64,000 nt of DNA, taken from Candidatus Scatomorpha merdavium. GTDB lineage: Bacteria > Bacillota > Clostridia > Oscillospirales > Oscillospiraceae. Under the pieces are notes generated by a model. The model was given only the letters and a program-made list of their open reading frames with translations, made no database searches and was not told the origin of the DNA. The stretch is taken from positions 6,082-70,081 of the forward strand of contig DVIJ01000004.1 of NCBI GenBank assembly GCA_018711415.1. The letters run 5' to 3'. Within the stretch, counting starts at the first letter, position 1, and the number at the start of each line of letters is the position of its first letter. Made by a program: the position numbers and the translations under genes. Positions 1 through 7,449 of the stretch are shown here, in pieces.

Positions 1-1045
1 TGCGCGGGTCGCACTCGCCGTAGGCGGGGTAGCCGTACATCTTGACGAAGGGGGCGAAGATTCGCGTCCAGAAGCTCTCTTTGAGCTTGACGGGGACGTG
101 GCCGTGGTCGCCGCGGCCCGGATGCTCGAAGGAGCAGACGCAGCCGAGCGCCTCCGCCGCGCGCTTGAAGTCCTCGGCGTCCGCAGCGGGCAGCCAGCCG
201 GAGAGGAAGAACTCGTCCCCATCGTAGCCGGCGTACTGCCGAAGGGCGAAGCCCTCGCTCATATATTTGAGCCAGGACCAGCGCGAGAGCGCCTCGTCTC
301 TCTCCCTCTGGGCGAGCCGGCCGAGCTCTTCGGAGAGGGCCTGGGCCTGTTTTCTGGCGGCGTCTGCCTCGGCCCGGAGCTCTTCCATGCGCTTTGCGGG
401 GACTCCGGTGAGCCCGGCGGCGTTGGGCGGGTCCTCCGGCTCGAAGCCGTATTCGACCAGCCGCTCCTCCTCGCGCAGGACTCCTCCCTGCAGGGTCAGC
501 AATATACAGCAGACCTTGTCCCCGGCGAAGCCGGAGCGGAAGAGGAATGCGCCGTGTTCCTTTTCGGCCTCGGCGCGCAGCTCGTCCCAGAGCTCGGGCT
601 CCACCCGGCCGAAGCGCAGACGCATGTGACTGACGTCCAGCAGCTGCCCCAGGTCCACGTCCAGGAGCGAGAAGGGCTCAAATCGGGAGATGAGCTCCTC
701 GTCGTCCTGGGCGAGGCTGGAGGCGGCGTTCCTCTGCGTTATGACGCGGGTCGCCGCGCCGGACAAGCGGGAGATATACTCCGAGCAGTCCTCGAGCGTC
801 CAGCCCCTGTCGCGGAACTCGGCGAATTCCGCGCGGATTCCCAGCTTCGTCAGCAGGGCCGCGGCGGAATCCAGCGCGGGACGGAAGGGGTCCTCTCCTT
901 CCGGGCGGAGCAGGCCGCGCCTGCCTCCCAGCGTCGCGGCGGAGAGGGGGTGGAACTCCCTGTCCAGTATCAGTTTGTGTATGGCCTCGTCCAGCAGTTC
1001 CGCCGGACCGGAGACCAGGGCTTTAAGCAGTTTTTCAGTGGCCAT
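1..1045 (-). CDS. ntpI: V-type ATP synthase subunit I (membrane a-type subunit), N-terminal 348 codons; 3' end lies beyond the window
   Basis: Open-ended, so not in the ORF track. Hand translation of the minus strand from ATG 1045-1043 (GGGAGGG SD just upstream) is stop-free to base 1: MATEKLLKALVSGPAELLDEAIHKLIL...IFAPFVKMYGYPAYGECDPR. The terminal YGxPxYxExDP block is the subunit I signature. Follows ntpC. Confidence 0.85.
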   Translation of the reverse strand, partial: MATEKLLKALVSGPAELLDEAIHKLILDREFHPLSAATLGGRRGLLRPEGEDPFRPALDSAAALLTKLGIRAEFAEFRDRGWTLEDCSEYISRLSGAATRVITQRNAASSLAQDDEELISRFEPFSLLDVDLGQLLDVSHMRLRFGRVEPELWDELRAEAEKEHGAFLFRSGFAGDKVCCILLTLQGGVLREEERLVEYGFEPEDPPNAAGLTGVPAKRMEELRAEADAARKQAQALSEELGRLAQRERDEALSRWSWLKYMSEGFALRQYAGYDGDEFFLSGWLPAADAEDFKRAAEALGCVCSFEHPGRGDHGHVPVKLKESFWTRIFAPFVKMYGYPAYGECDPR

Positions 1046-1066
1046 TGCGCCCTCCCTTGGTTCCGT

Positions 1067-2101
1067 CTAATCCATATATCCTGCGGGGGAAAGTCCGTAT
1101 TGCAGCGCCACAAAGGCACGGCGCAGCATCCGCGCCTCCCCCTCCTTGAGCTGTAGGAAAGCATCCACGACGCTGAGGTTCGGCGCGCCGTGCATGACCT
1201 TTCTGTAGAACGCGCGTTCCGCCGCGCGGACCAGTCCCTCCGGCGAGGCGCCCTCCACTCCGGAGAGCCACTTGCCCAGCCTGGAGCCTCTGAGCTCCGC
1301 GAGCGCGTCCTCGTCCGTATCCGCCTCGAGGATGCGGCGCTCCATCTCCGGGCCGAGCGCACCGTGCATGGGCAGCAGCAGCCGCATCGCCTCCTGGACG
1401 GGCGTGCCGAAGCGGCGCAGACGCAGGAGGTAGGAGATGTTGAGCATGTCCGCCCGGAAGGAGACCGTTCTCATGAGCTCGCGCTTTGCCGGGCCGTCGT
1501 AGCCCGTGTGCAGGAGCCTGTCGAGGCTGCGGTAATACTGACCCTCGAGCCGGAGCGCGGCCTCGTTGAAGGCGGGCTTGCCGGTCTTCGGGTCCAGCTC
1601 CAATTCGCGCAGGGCGGGGCCGTAGATGCTCCCTGCCGCGCCCTCCAGGACATCCTGGAAGCTGCGCGCCTCCCTGAGCCGCTTGGCGTCCAGCCCGGGC
1701 ATGAGCTTGAGCGCCGCCGCGGGCAGGTAATAGCTCTCCTCCACCGCGCCCTCGGAGAGGCGGCGCAGGGCGGAGAGGATCAGCTTGAGCTCCGCCTCGT
1801 AGGTCATGAAGATGAGGAACTTCTTCGAGGCGTCGTTGGCGAACCTGTAGAGCCGCTCGTAGTCCTCGAACAGGCAGCGGCTCAGGGCCTCGGCGAACTG
1901 GACGTCCGTTGCGCCCTGCGGGGGCAGGCCTGCGGCGGCCTTGTGCCAGGCCGGGCTGCGCAGCAGGAAGCTCAAAAGCTCCTCCGGCGTGCGCATGGAG
2001 GCTATCTTCTCCTTGTCCGCGTCGGACAGGAGGTGGGCGTACATCGCGCGCGCCTCCGTGGCAAGGGCGATGTCCATCGCCCGGCGTCCGCTGTTATTCA
2101 T
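1067..2101 (-). CDS. ntpC: V-type ATP synthase subunit C (V0 d-type)
   Basis: Track ORF 1067..2161. 344 aa from ATG 2101 (ATGAATAA overlaps the upstream stop), or 336 aa from ATG 2077 (MDIALATEARAMYAHLLS...). Size, helical composition and position between a stalk subunit and subunit I fit NtpC. Confidence 0.75.
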   Translation of the reverse strand: MNNSGRRAMDIALATEARAMYAHLLSDADKEKIASMRTPEELLSFLLRSPAWHKAAAGLPPQGATDVQFAEALSRCLFEDYERLYRFANDASKKFLIFMTYEAELKLILSALRRLSEGAVEESYYLPAAALKLMPGLDAKRLREARSFQDVLEGAAGSIYGPALRELELDPKTGKPAFNEAALRLEGQYYRSLDRLLHTGYDGPAKRELMRTVSFRADMLNISYLLRLRRFGTPVQEAMRLLLPMHGALGPEMERRILEADTDEDALAELRGSRLGKWLSGVEGASPEGLVRAAERAFYRKVMHGAPNLSVVDAFLQLKEGEARMLRRAFVALQYGLSPAGYMD

Positions 2102-2501
2102 CCTTCTGCCCCAGGGCGAGCGCCAGCACCCGGTCCACATAGCCGGGGCGCTTTGCCTCATATCTGCGGCGGAGCCGTTCGCGCGTTTCAGCGGCGGCGG
2201 CCCTGTCTTTTTCTATCTCGAGCTCGGCGCGGGCGTGCTCGGCCTCGGCGTCTTTGGCCATGGCGGCGCGCGTCTCCCGCCGCACCTGGGCGAGCATCTC
2301 GTCCTTTGCGGACTGGACCCGCGAGCCCAGCCGCGCGCGGTACTCCTCCGCGGCGTCCTCGATCTCTTTTGCCTTCTGCTCGGCTTCCAGCAGGGCGTGC
2401 AGGACGAGCATATCCGCCGCGGTCTCCCGCTCCAGCCGCTCGCGCCGCTCCTCGGCCTCGCGCTGGGCGCGGACCTCCTCCTGCGCCTTTATCTGCTTCA
2501 T
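2094..2501 (-). CDS. V-type ATPase small coiled-coil stalk subunit (G/H-like), putative
   Basis: Track ORF 2094..2591. Charged helix MKQIKAQEEVRAQREAEERRERLERE... First gene of the ntp cluster. Start is ambiguous: ATG 2501, or TTG 2510 lying 9 nt after GGAGGAGG. Confidence 0.5.
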   Translation of the reverse strand: MKQIKAQEEVRAQREAEERRERLERETAADMLVLHALLEAEQKAKEIEDAAEEYRARLGSRVQSAKDEMLAQVRRETRAAMAKDAEAEHARAELEIEKDRAAAAETRERLRRRYEAKRPGYVDRVLALALGQKDE

Positions 2502-2687
2502 GGAATTCAAAAAGCCCCGCCTCCTCCGGCCTTTCGGCCTCTCTTTTCGTAACTTATAACATACCACATTTCCGTCCAAAAGTGAAGTCATTTTTACACG
2601 CCCCTCCCGCTCGCGGAAACTCGCTCTTTCCTTTGGCCGGAAATTGAGTTATACTACGCACAAATGAGCACAAGAGGAGGAAGATAG

Positions 2688-3923
2688 ATGAAATACGTCC
2701 TCATAATAGGCGACGGTATGGCCGACGACCCGCTGGAGCAGCTGGACGGCAAGACCCCGCTGGAAGTCTGCAAAAAGCCCTTTTTCGACTCGCTCTGCGC
2801 AAAGGCGGAGCTGGGCCTGGTCAAGACCATCCCGGAGGGCTTTCCTCCCGGGAGCGACACGGCCATCATGTCCATCTTCGGCTGCGACCCGCGGAAGTAT
2901 TTTTCCGGCCGCGCGCCGCTGGAGCTGGCGGCCTCGGGCGGGGTCATGCCGGAGGGCGGCGCGGCCTACCGCTGCAACATGGTGAACCTGGGCGGAGACC
3001 CCGCCGGCCCCTTTGAGGAGCGCGTCATGGTCTCGCACAGCGCGGGCTCCATAGAGGGTGAGGAGTCGGACGAGCTCGTGACCTGGCTCTTCGCGCAGCC
3101 CGAGTTCGCCGCCCTGGCGGAAGAGGCCCGGCTGACGGTCCGGCCCGGTTCGAGCTTCCGCCACCTCGCCGTGCAGGCGGAGGCGGACATAGCCGGCATC
3201 GTCCTCGCCCCGCCGCACGACCACCTGAACGAAAAGATCGGCCCCCTGCTGCCCCGCGGCTGCGCCAACGCCGGGGTCCTGCTCGGCCTGATGCGCAAGG
3301 CGGCCCAGCTGCTGCCCGGGCATCCCGTGAACAAAAAGCGCGAAGCGGAGGGCAAGCTCCCCGCCAACTGCATCTGGTTCTGGGCCGAGGGCAAGGGCGC
3401 AAAGCTGCCGAACTTTGTGGAGCGCTTCGGCGCGGACGGCGGCGTCATCTCCGCCGTGCCGCTCTGCCACGGCATAGCCAAGCTGGTTGGTCTTGAGGCG
3501 GTGAGCGTGCCGACCGCCACCGGCGAGTGGGATACGGATTACGAGGCCAAGACCGCCGCCGCCCTGAAAGTCCTGGAGTCGCACGACTTCGCCGCCGTCC
3601 ACCTCGAGGGTCCGGACGAGGCCACGCACAACCACGACCTCGAGCACAAGATCTACAGCGTGGAGTGCCTGTCGGAGCGCGTGGCAAAGCCGCTCTGCGC
3701 CGAGCTGAGGCGCCGGGGCGAGGACTTCCGCCTGCTCATCCTCTCCGACCACCGGACCTTCATGAAAAACGGCGCGCACGGCGAAACGCCCGTGCCGTAT
3801 ATGATCTACGACAGCCGCGAGAACGGCCCGGCCTCCGGCCTGGGCTATACGGAAAAGAACGGGGAAGCCGGTCCCTTCCTGGAGAGCGGCACAGAGCTGA
3901 TGCCCCGGCTCTTCCGGCCGTGA
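2688..3923 (+). CDS. apgM: Cofactor-independent phosphoglycerate mutase, archaeal ApgM type (family also annotated as proposed homoserine kinase)
   Basis: 411 aa. MKYVLIIGDGMADDPLEQLDGKTPLE N-terminus and C-terminal SDHRT...HG..PVPY block are typical of the alkaline-phosphatase-superfamily iPGM. GAGGAGGAA SD upstream. Confidence 0.8.
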   Translation: MKYVLIIGDGMADDPLEQLDGKTPLEVCKKPFFDSLCAKAELGLVKTIPEGFPPGSDTAIMSIFGCDPRKYFSGRAPLELAASGGVMPEGGAAYRCNMVNLGGDPAGPFEERVMVSHSAGSIEGEESDELVTWLFAQPEFAALAEEARLTVRPGSSFRHLAVQAEADIAGIVLAPPHDHLNEKIGPLLPRGCANAGVLLGLMRKAAQLLPGHPVNKKREAEGKLPANCIWFWAEGKGAKLPNFVERFGADGGVISAVPLCHGIAKLVGLEAVSVPTATGEWDTDYEAKTAAALKVLESHDFAAVHLEGPDEATHNHDLEHKIYSVECLSERVAKPLCAELRRRGEDFRLLILSDHRTFMKNGAHGETPVPYMIYDSRENGPASGLGYTEKNGEAGPFLESGTELMPRLFRP

Positions 3924-4777
3924 GCGGGCTGAGCATCGCCGCCCGGGCAAAGCTGAACCTATCTCTGGACGTGCTGGGCAGGCGCGAGGACGGCTACCAT
4001 GAGCTGAGGATGGTCATGCAGGCCGCGGAGCTGGCGGACGAAGTCTATGTCGAGCTGCGCGAGCCTGGCTTCTTCCTGGCGGAGACGAACCGGAGCTACA
4101 TCCCCACGGACGAGCGCAACGTGGCCGTGAAGGCGGCAAAGGCCTTTTTCGGCGCGGCGGGCCTGGACCACGGGGCGTACATAAGGATAGAAAAGCACAT
4201 CCCGGTCTGCGCGGGCCTGGGCGGGGGCTCGTCGGACGCGGCGGCGGTGATCCGCGCTCTGAACGAGCTGTGCGGCTCCCCGCTGGAGGGCGAGGCGCTG
4301 CAGGCCGCGGCGGCGCGCGCGGGCTCGGACGTACCCTTCTGCCTGCTGGGCGGGACGGCCCTGGCCGAGGGCCGGGGCGAAGTGCTTACGGCGCTGCCGC
4401 CCCTGCCGGAGACGCCCGCCGTCATCTGCATGCCGCACTTCGGCTGCTCCACTCCGGAGCTCTTCTCCCGCCTGGACGGGCTTCGGACCCGCTGCCGCCC
4501 GGATACGAAGGGCCTCATCTCGGCCCTGGAGGCCGGGGACATCGGCGGCGTGGCCCGCAGGATGTACAACGTGTTCGAGGACGCGCTTGACCGCCGCGCC
4601 GCCCAGGCCGTGGGCGAGATAAAACGCCTGCTGCTGGATAACGGCGCGCTCGGCGCCGTGATGAGCGGCTCGGGCTCCGCGGTCTACGGTCTCTTCCCGG
4701 ACGAGGGCTCCGCCCGCGCCGCCGCCCGCGCCGCGGAATACTCCTGCCGCGAAGTGTTCCTCACAAAGACCGCCTAA
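3920..4777 (+). CDS. ispE: 4-diphosphocytidyl-2-C-methyl-D-erythritol kinase
   Basis: 285 aa from GTG 3920 (GTGA overlap with the apgM stop). AKLNLSLDVLGRREDGYHEL and GHMP motif PVCAGLGGGSSDAAA. The track ORF start at 3527 overlaps apgM and is rejected. Confidence 0.9.
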   Translation: MSGLSIAARAKLNLSLDVLGRREDGYHELRMVMQAAELADEVYVELREPGFFLAETNRSYIPTDERNVAVKAAKAFFGAAGLDHGAYIRIEKHIPVCAGLGGGSSDAAAVIRALNELCGSPLEGEALQAAAARAGSDVPFCLLGGTALAEGRGEVLTALPPLPETPAVICMPHFGCSTPELFSRLDGLRTRCRPDTKGLISALEAGDIGGVARRMYNVFEDALDRRAAQAVGEIKRLLLDNGALGAVMSGSGSAVYGLFPDEGSARAAARAAEYSCREVFLTKTA

Positions 4778-4782
4778 AGCGA

Positions 4783-4822
4783 CTTGTCTGAGAAGGCGGA
4801 GCCTTCTCAGACAAGGGGGTTT
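4783..4822 (+). terminator. ispE terminator-like hairpin
   Basis: 15-bp perfect stem cttgtctgagaaggc/gccttctcagacaag with a 3-nt loop, then ggggttt (weak U tract). Confidence 0.55.
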
Positions 4823-4961
4823 GCGCTGCGCTGCGCGCCTCGCTTTGCTCGACGCTCGCTCCGCGAGAAGTATTTTTGGCGACGTACACGCCGTCAAAAA
4901 TGATTGCAATTTATTTCGCGGCTGCGGCCGCGAAACTCTGCGAGGCTTGGAGAAAGACTGA

Positions 4962-4987
4962 GCCCCGGTTCCTTTTGGGACCGGGGC
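4962..4987. terminator. Hairpin between convergent ispE and SGNH genes
   Basis: gccccggttcc tttt gggaccggggc (11 bp, one GU). Followed by ttt on the plus strand and tcagtcttt on the minus strand. Confidence 0.5.
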
Positions 4988-4992
4988 TTTGC

Positions 4993-5793
4993 CTATCTGT
5001 ATGCGTGGGTGCGGATGTAGTCCAGGACCAGGCCGTGCGCCTCGGAGTTGAGGTGGTAGCCGTCTCCGATGTGCAGGTCCTCGGGCAGGCTGCCGTCCTC
5101 ACCCCGGACCGCCGCGGCGAGGTCTATGTAGCGCAGGCCCTCCGCCTCGGCTATCTCATATATCCAGGCGCTGGCCGCGGCGAGCTTGTCGTTGTTGATG
5201 TCGCCCTGGTATGGGTAGCTCTCCGCCACGGGGAAGAGCGAGGCGCACATTATCTTCGTCTCCGGGCAGGCCTCGCCCAGGGCGCGGACCAGGGCGGTGT
5301 ATTCTTCTTTGAAATACTCCTCGTCCATGAAGGAAACACCGTTCTCGCCCAGGTTCACGATGAGGTATTCCGGCCGTTTTAGCGCCATGGCCTCCGTGAC
5401 GGACATCTCCTCCCAGGTCTCGGGGTAGACGATCTTGTCCACGCTCCAGCGGTTGAGGGTGAGCGTCCCGCTCATGGGCGTCCAGACCTGGGTGGTGTTG
5501 TAGCCGCCGGGGAGCAGCTCCTGGAGGCGCAGGCCGTTTGTGTTGCTGTCTCCGTAAAAGACGATGGCGTCCTGGTACTCCTGGCCCATGTCCTCCGTCT
5601 CACCCAGGAGGGTGGGCGGCGGCGTGGGCTCGGGCGTGGGCGAGGGCGTCGGTTCCGGGGTCGGCTCCGGCGTGGGTGCGGGCGTGACTGCCGGGCTCGG
5701 GGTCGCGGGCGGGGTCTCCGCCGGACCGGACGCGGCGCAGGCGGAGAGGAGCAGGCAGGCGGCGGCCAGCGCCGCGAGCGCGGCCCGTCTCAT
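4993..5793 (-). CDS. SGNH/GDSL-family hydrolase lipoprotein with Pro/Thr-rich linker
   Basis: 266 aa from ATG 5793 (ATGA overlap with the permease stop). Signal peptide with lipobox LLLSAC. Linker TPEPTPEPTPSPTPEPTPPPT. SGNH blocks FYGDSNTNG, NLGENG, DGYHLN. The 505-aa track ORF is an upstream extension running through the permease gene in another frame. Confidence 0.85.
   Translation of the reverse strand: MRRAALAALAAACLLLSACAASGPAETPPATPSPAVTPAPTPEPTPEPTPSPTPEPTPPPTLLGETEDMGQEYQDAIVFYGDSNTNGLRLQELLPGGYNTTQVWTPMSGTLTLNRWSVDKIVYPETWEEMSVTEAMALKRPEYLIVNLGENGVSFMDEEYFKEEYTALVRALGEACPETKIMCASLFPVAESYPYQGDINNDKLAAASAWIYEIAEAEGLRYIDLAAAVRGEDGSLPEDLHIGDGYHLNSEAHGLVLDYIRTHAYR
5608..5725 (-). repeat. 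Coding low-complexity Pro/Thr (PT/PEPT) linker repeat
   Basis: Minus strand reads ccg gag ccg acc ccg gaa ccg acg ccc tcg ccc acg ccc gag ccc acg..., encoding the lipoprotein linker. Confidence 0.8.
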
Positions 5794-6608
5794 TCCAGGT
5801 CCAGCCGCCGGCCCAGCAGATAGGCCGTGGCCGCGTAGAGCAGGACGCAATAGGCGGCGTTCAGGACGATCCCGCCTATCAGGAGTGAATGTCCGAACTG
5901 GGCCAGCCGCCCCAGCGTCGGGATGGAGACGAAGGCGCTCAGCCTGTATCCGGTGGCGAGGGTGAGGAGCATGGTTAGCAGCTGCGAGGCGAGTCCCAGG
6001 GCCAGGAAGATCCCTAGCGAGGCCAGGAGCTTGTGTCTGGAGAGCGTATGCCCCGCGGCCAGGGAGGCGAAAAACAGCAGGCAGCTCGAGAGCGTCCCCA
6101 GCAGGAGCAGCAGCAAAAACTCGAGCAGGACCGCGGCGAGCTCCGCCGCGCCGATGCCGTAGGCCGCGCTGAGTCGGAGCGCCAGGGCGCGCAGCTCGGA
6201 GAGCACCTGAGCCCACACCTCCGCCCGGAAAGCCACGGCAAAGAGGCAGCCGTAGATGCAGGCCCCCGTCAGCAGGAACCAGGCCGCCGCGGCGATGAGC
6301 TTGGAGCAGAGAAGCCCGTGTATGCTGACGGGCAGGCTGTGCGTGAGGTAGCCCTCCTGCGAAAGCATACTGCGGTAGAAGCGGTAGACGATGACTACGA
6401 GCGTCACCACCGCCAGCGCGATGACGGCGAGGAAAAACAGCACGACGAAGATCGCGGAGACCGCCACGGCGACTCTGCCCGTGCGCTCTGCGCCGAGTCC
6501 GCGTATGCACAGGCCCGCCGCCGCGCTCATGACGAAGAGCAGGACGATGAGCGGCAGGATGTAGCGCGCGGTGGCGGCGAATTCGTATTTGAGCAGCTTT
6601 TTCAGCAT
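5790..6608 (-). CDS. ABC-2-type transporter permease
   Basis: 272 aa, all hydrophobic helices (MLKKLLKYEFAATARYILPLIVLLFV...). 7-nt overlap with the ATPase gene and 4-nt overlap with the SGNH gene. Confidence 0.75.
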   Translation of the reverse strand: MLKKLLKYEFAATARYILPLIVLLFVMSAAAGLCIRGLGAERTGRVAVAVSAIFVVLFFLAVIALAVVTLVVIVYRFYRSMLSQEGYLTHSLPVSIHGLLCSKLIAAAAWFLLTGACIYGCLFAVAFRAEVWAQVLSELRALALRLSAAYGIGAAELAAVLLEFLLLLLLGTLSSCLLFFASLAAGHTLSRHKLLASLGIFLALGLASQLLTMLLTLATGYRLSAFVSIPTLGRLAQFGHSLLIGGIVLNAAYCVLLYAATAYLLGRRLDLE

Positions 6609-7297
6609 CGAAACACCTCCCGGAACAGGGCGTCGAGGCTCATGCCGCGCTCGCGGCGGAGCTGTTCCGCGGGGCCGGCCATGACCAGTCTGCCCCCGCC
6701 GAGGAAGGCCGCGTCGTCGAGGGCGGGCTCGAGCTCGGCTATCATGTGGGTGGAGATCAGCACGGCGGCGCCCGGGGCGCGTCCGGCGAGTATGGTCTCG
6801 AGTATATAATCCCTTGCAGCCGGGTCCACCCCGCCGAAGGGCTCATCCAGCAGGTAGAGCTTTGCGGCGCGGCTCATGGCCAGCGCCAGCCGGGCCTTCT
6901 GCCGCTCGCCCTTGGAGAGGCTGCGCACCCTCGCCCGAGTATCGAGGCCCAGGCGGCGCAGGTGTTCCTCCGCCGCGGCGCGGTCAAAGTCCGCAAAGAA
7001 GTCGGCAAAATAGTCCAGCAGCCGGTGCAGGCGCATCCAGTCGGGCAGGTCCTGCCGCTCCGGCATGTAGGAGACCAGGGCCTTGGTCCCGCGTCCCGGC
7101 GCCTCGCCGCAGACCCGCACCGCGCCCCGCTCCGGCCTTATCAGCCCGGCGATCAGCTTTATGAGGGTTGTCTTTCCGCTGCCGTTCGGACCCAGAAGAC
7201 CCAGAACTCGGCCCTCCTCCAGCCCTAGCGTCAGCCCCTCGAGGGCGAAGCCCCCTCCGTAGCTCTTGCCGAGCTCTACACATTCCAGTACCGGCAT
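6602..7297 (-). CDS. ABC transporter ATP-binding protein
   Basis: 231 aa. Walker A GPNGSGKTT, signature LSKGERQK, Walker B LYLLDEP. Confidence 0.9.
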   Translation of the reverse strand: MPVLECVELGKSYGGGFALEGLTLGLEEGRVLGLLGPNGSGKTTLIKLIAGLIRPERGAVRVCGEAPGRGTKALVSYMPERQDLPDWMRLHRLLDYFADFFADFDRAAAEEHLRRLGLDTRARVRSLSKGERQKARLALAMSRAAKLYLLDEPFGGVDPAARDYILETILAGRAPGAAVLISTHMIAELEPALDDAAFLGGGRLVMAGPAEQLRRERGMSLDALFREVFRC

Positions 7298-7320
7298 CGT
7301 CTCACCTCCGTTTACACTCT

Positions 7321-7350
7321 ACAATAACATCGCTCGCAAAACAATGTCAA
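7321..7350 (-). promoter_or_regulatory. Candidate promoter of the ABC-SGNH operon
   Basis: Minus strand TTGACA (7350-7345), 18 nt, TATTGT (7326-7321). GGAGGTG SD before ATG 7297. Confidence 0.4.
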
Positions 7351-7383
7351 TCGCCAAAAAGCGCGGTCCTTCTCCCTGCGGAC

Positions 7384-7427
7384 GAAAAAGGCCCCCGCAG
7401 GGTCCCGGGAGGGACCGTGCGGGGGCG
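7384..7427 (-). terminator. ppdK rho-independent terminator
   Basis: Minus strand gcccccgcacggtccc tccc gggaccctgcgggggc (16-bp stem, one mismatch), followed by cttttt. Confidence 0.8.
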
Positions 7428-7449
7428 CTGCTGTTATTGGGTGAAAAAC

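Noticed and set aside
2502-2687. Divergent promoter region between the V-ATPase cluster and apgM
   Set aside because: Only weak -35/-10 candidates were found (a TATACT before apgM, TATAAG/TTGGAC on the minus strand), with poor spacing. They were not convincing enough to list as features.
3527-3919. 5' extensions of ispE (3527), rsmE (36645), deoD (38238), pta (34452) and the DnaD gene (48147) as listed in the track
   Set aside because: Each extension overlaps a neighbouring gene or a predicted promoter. Each lacks family similarity. In each case a downstream start with a good SD begins the conserved sequence.
5794-6510. Upstream part of the 505-aa ORF 4993..6510
   Set aside because: It overlaps the ABC permease gene in a different frame and is Arg/Pro/Gly-rich. 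The signal peptide and lipobox begin at ATG 5793, which overlaps the permease stop.
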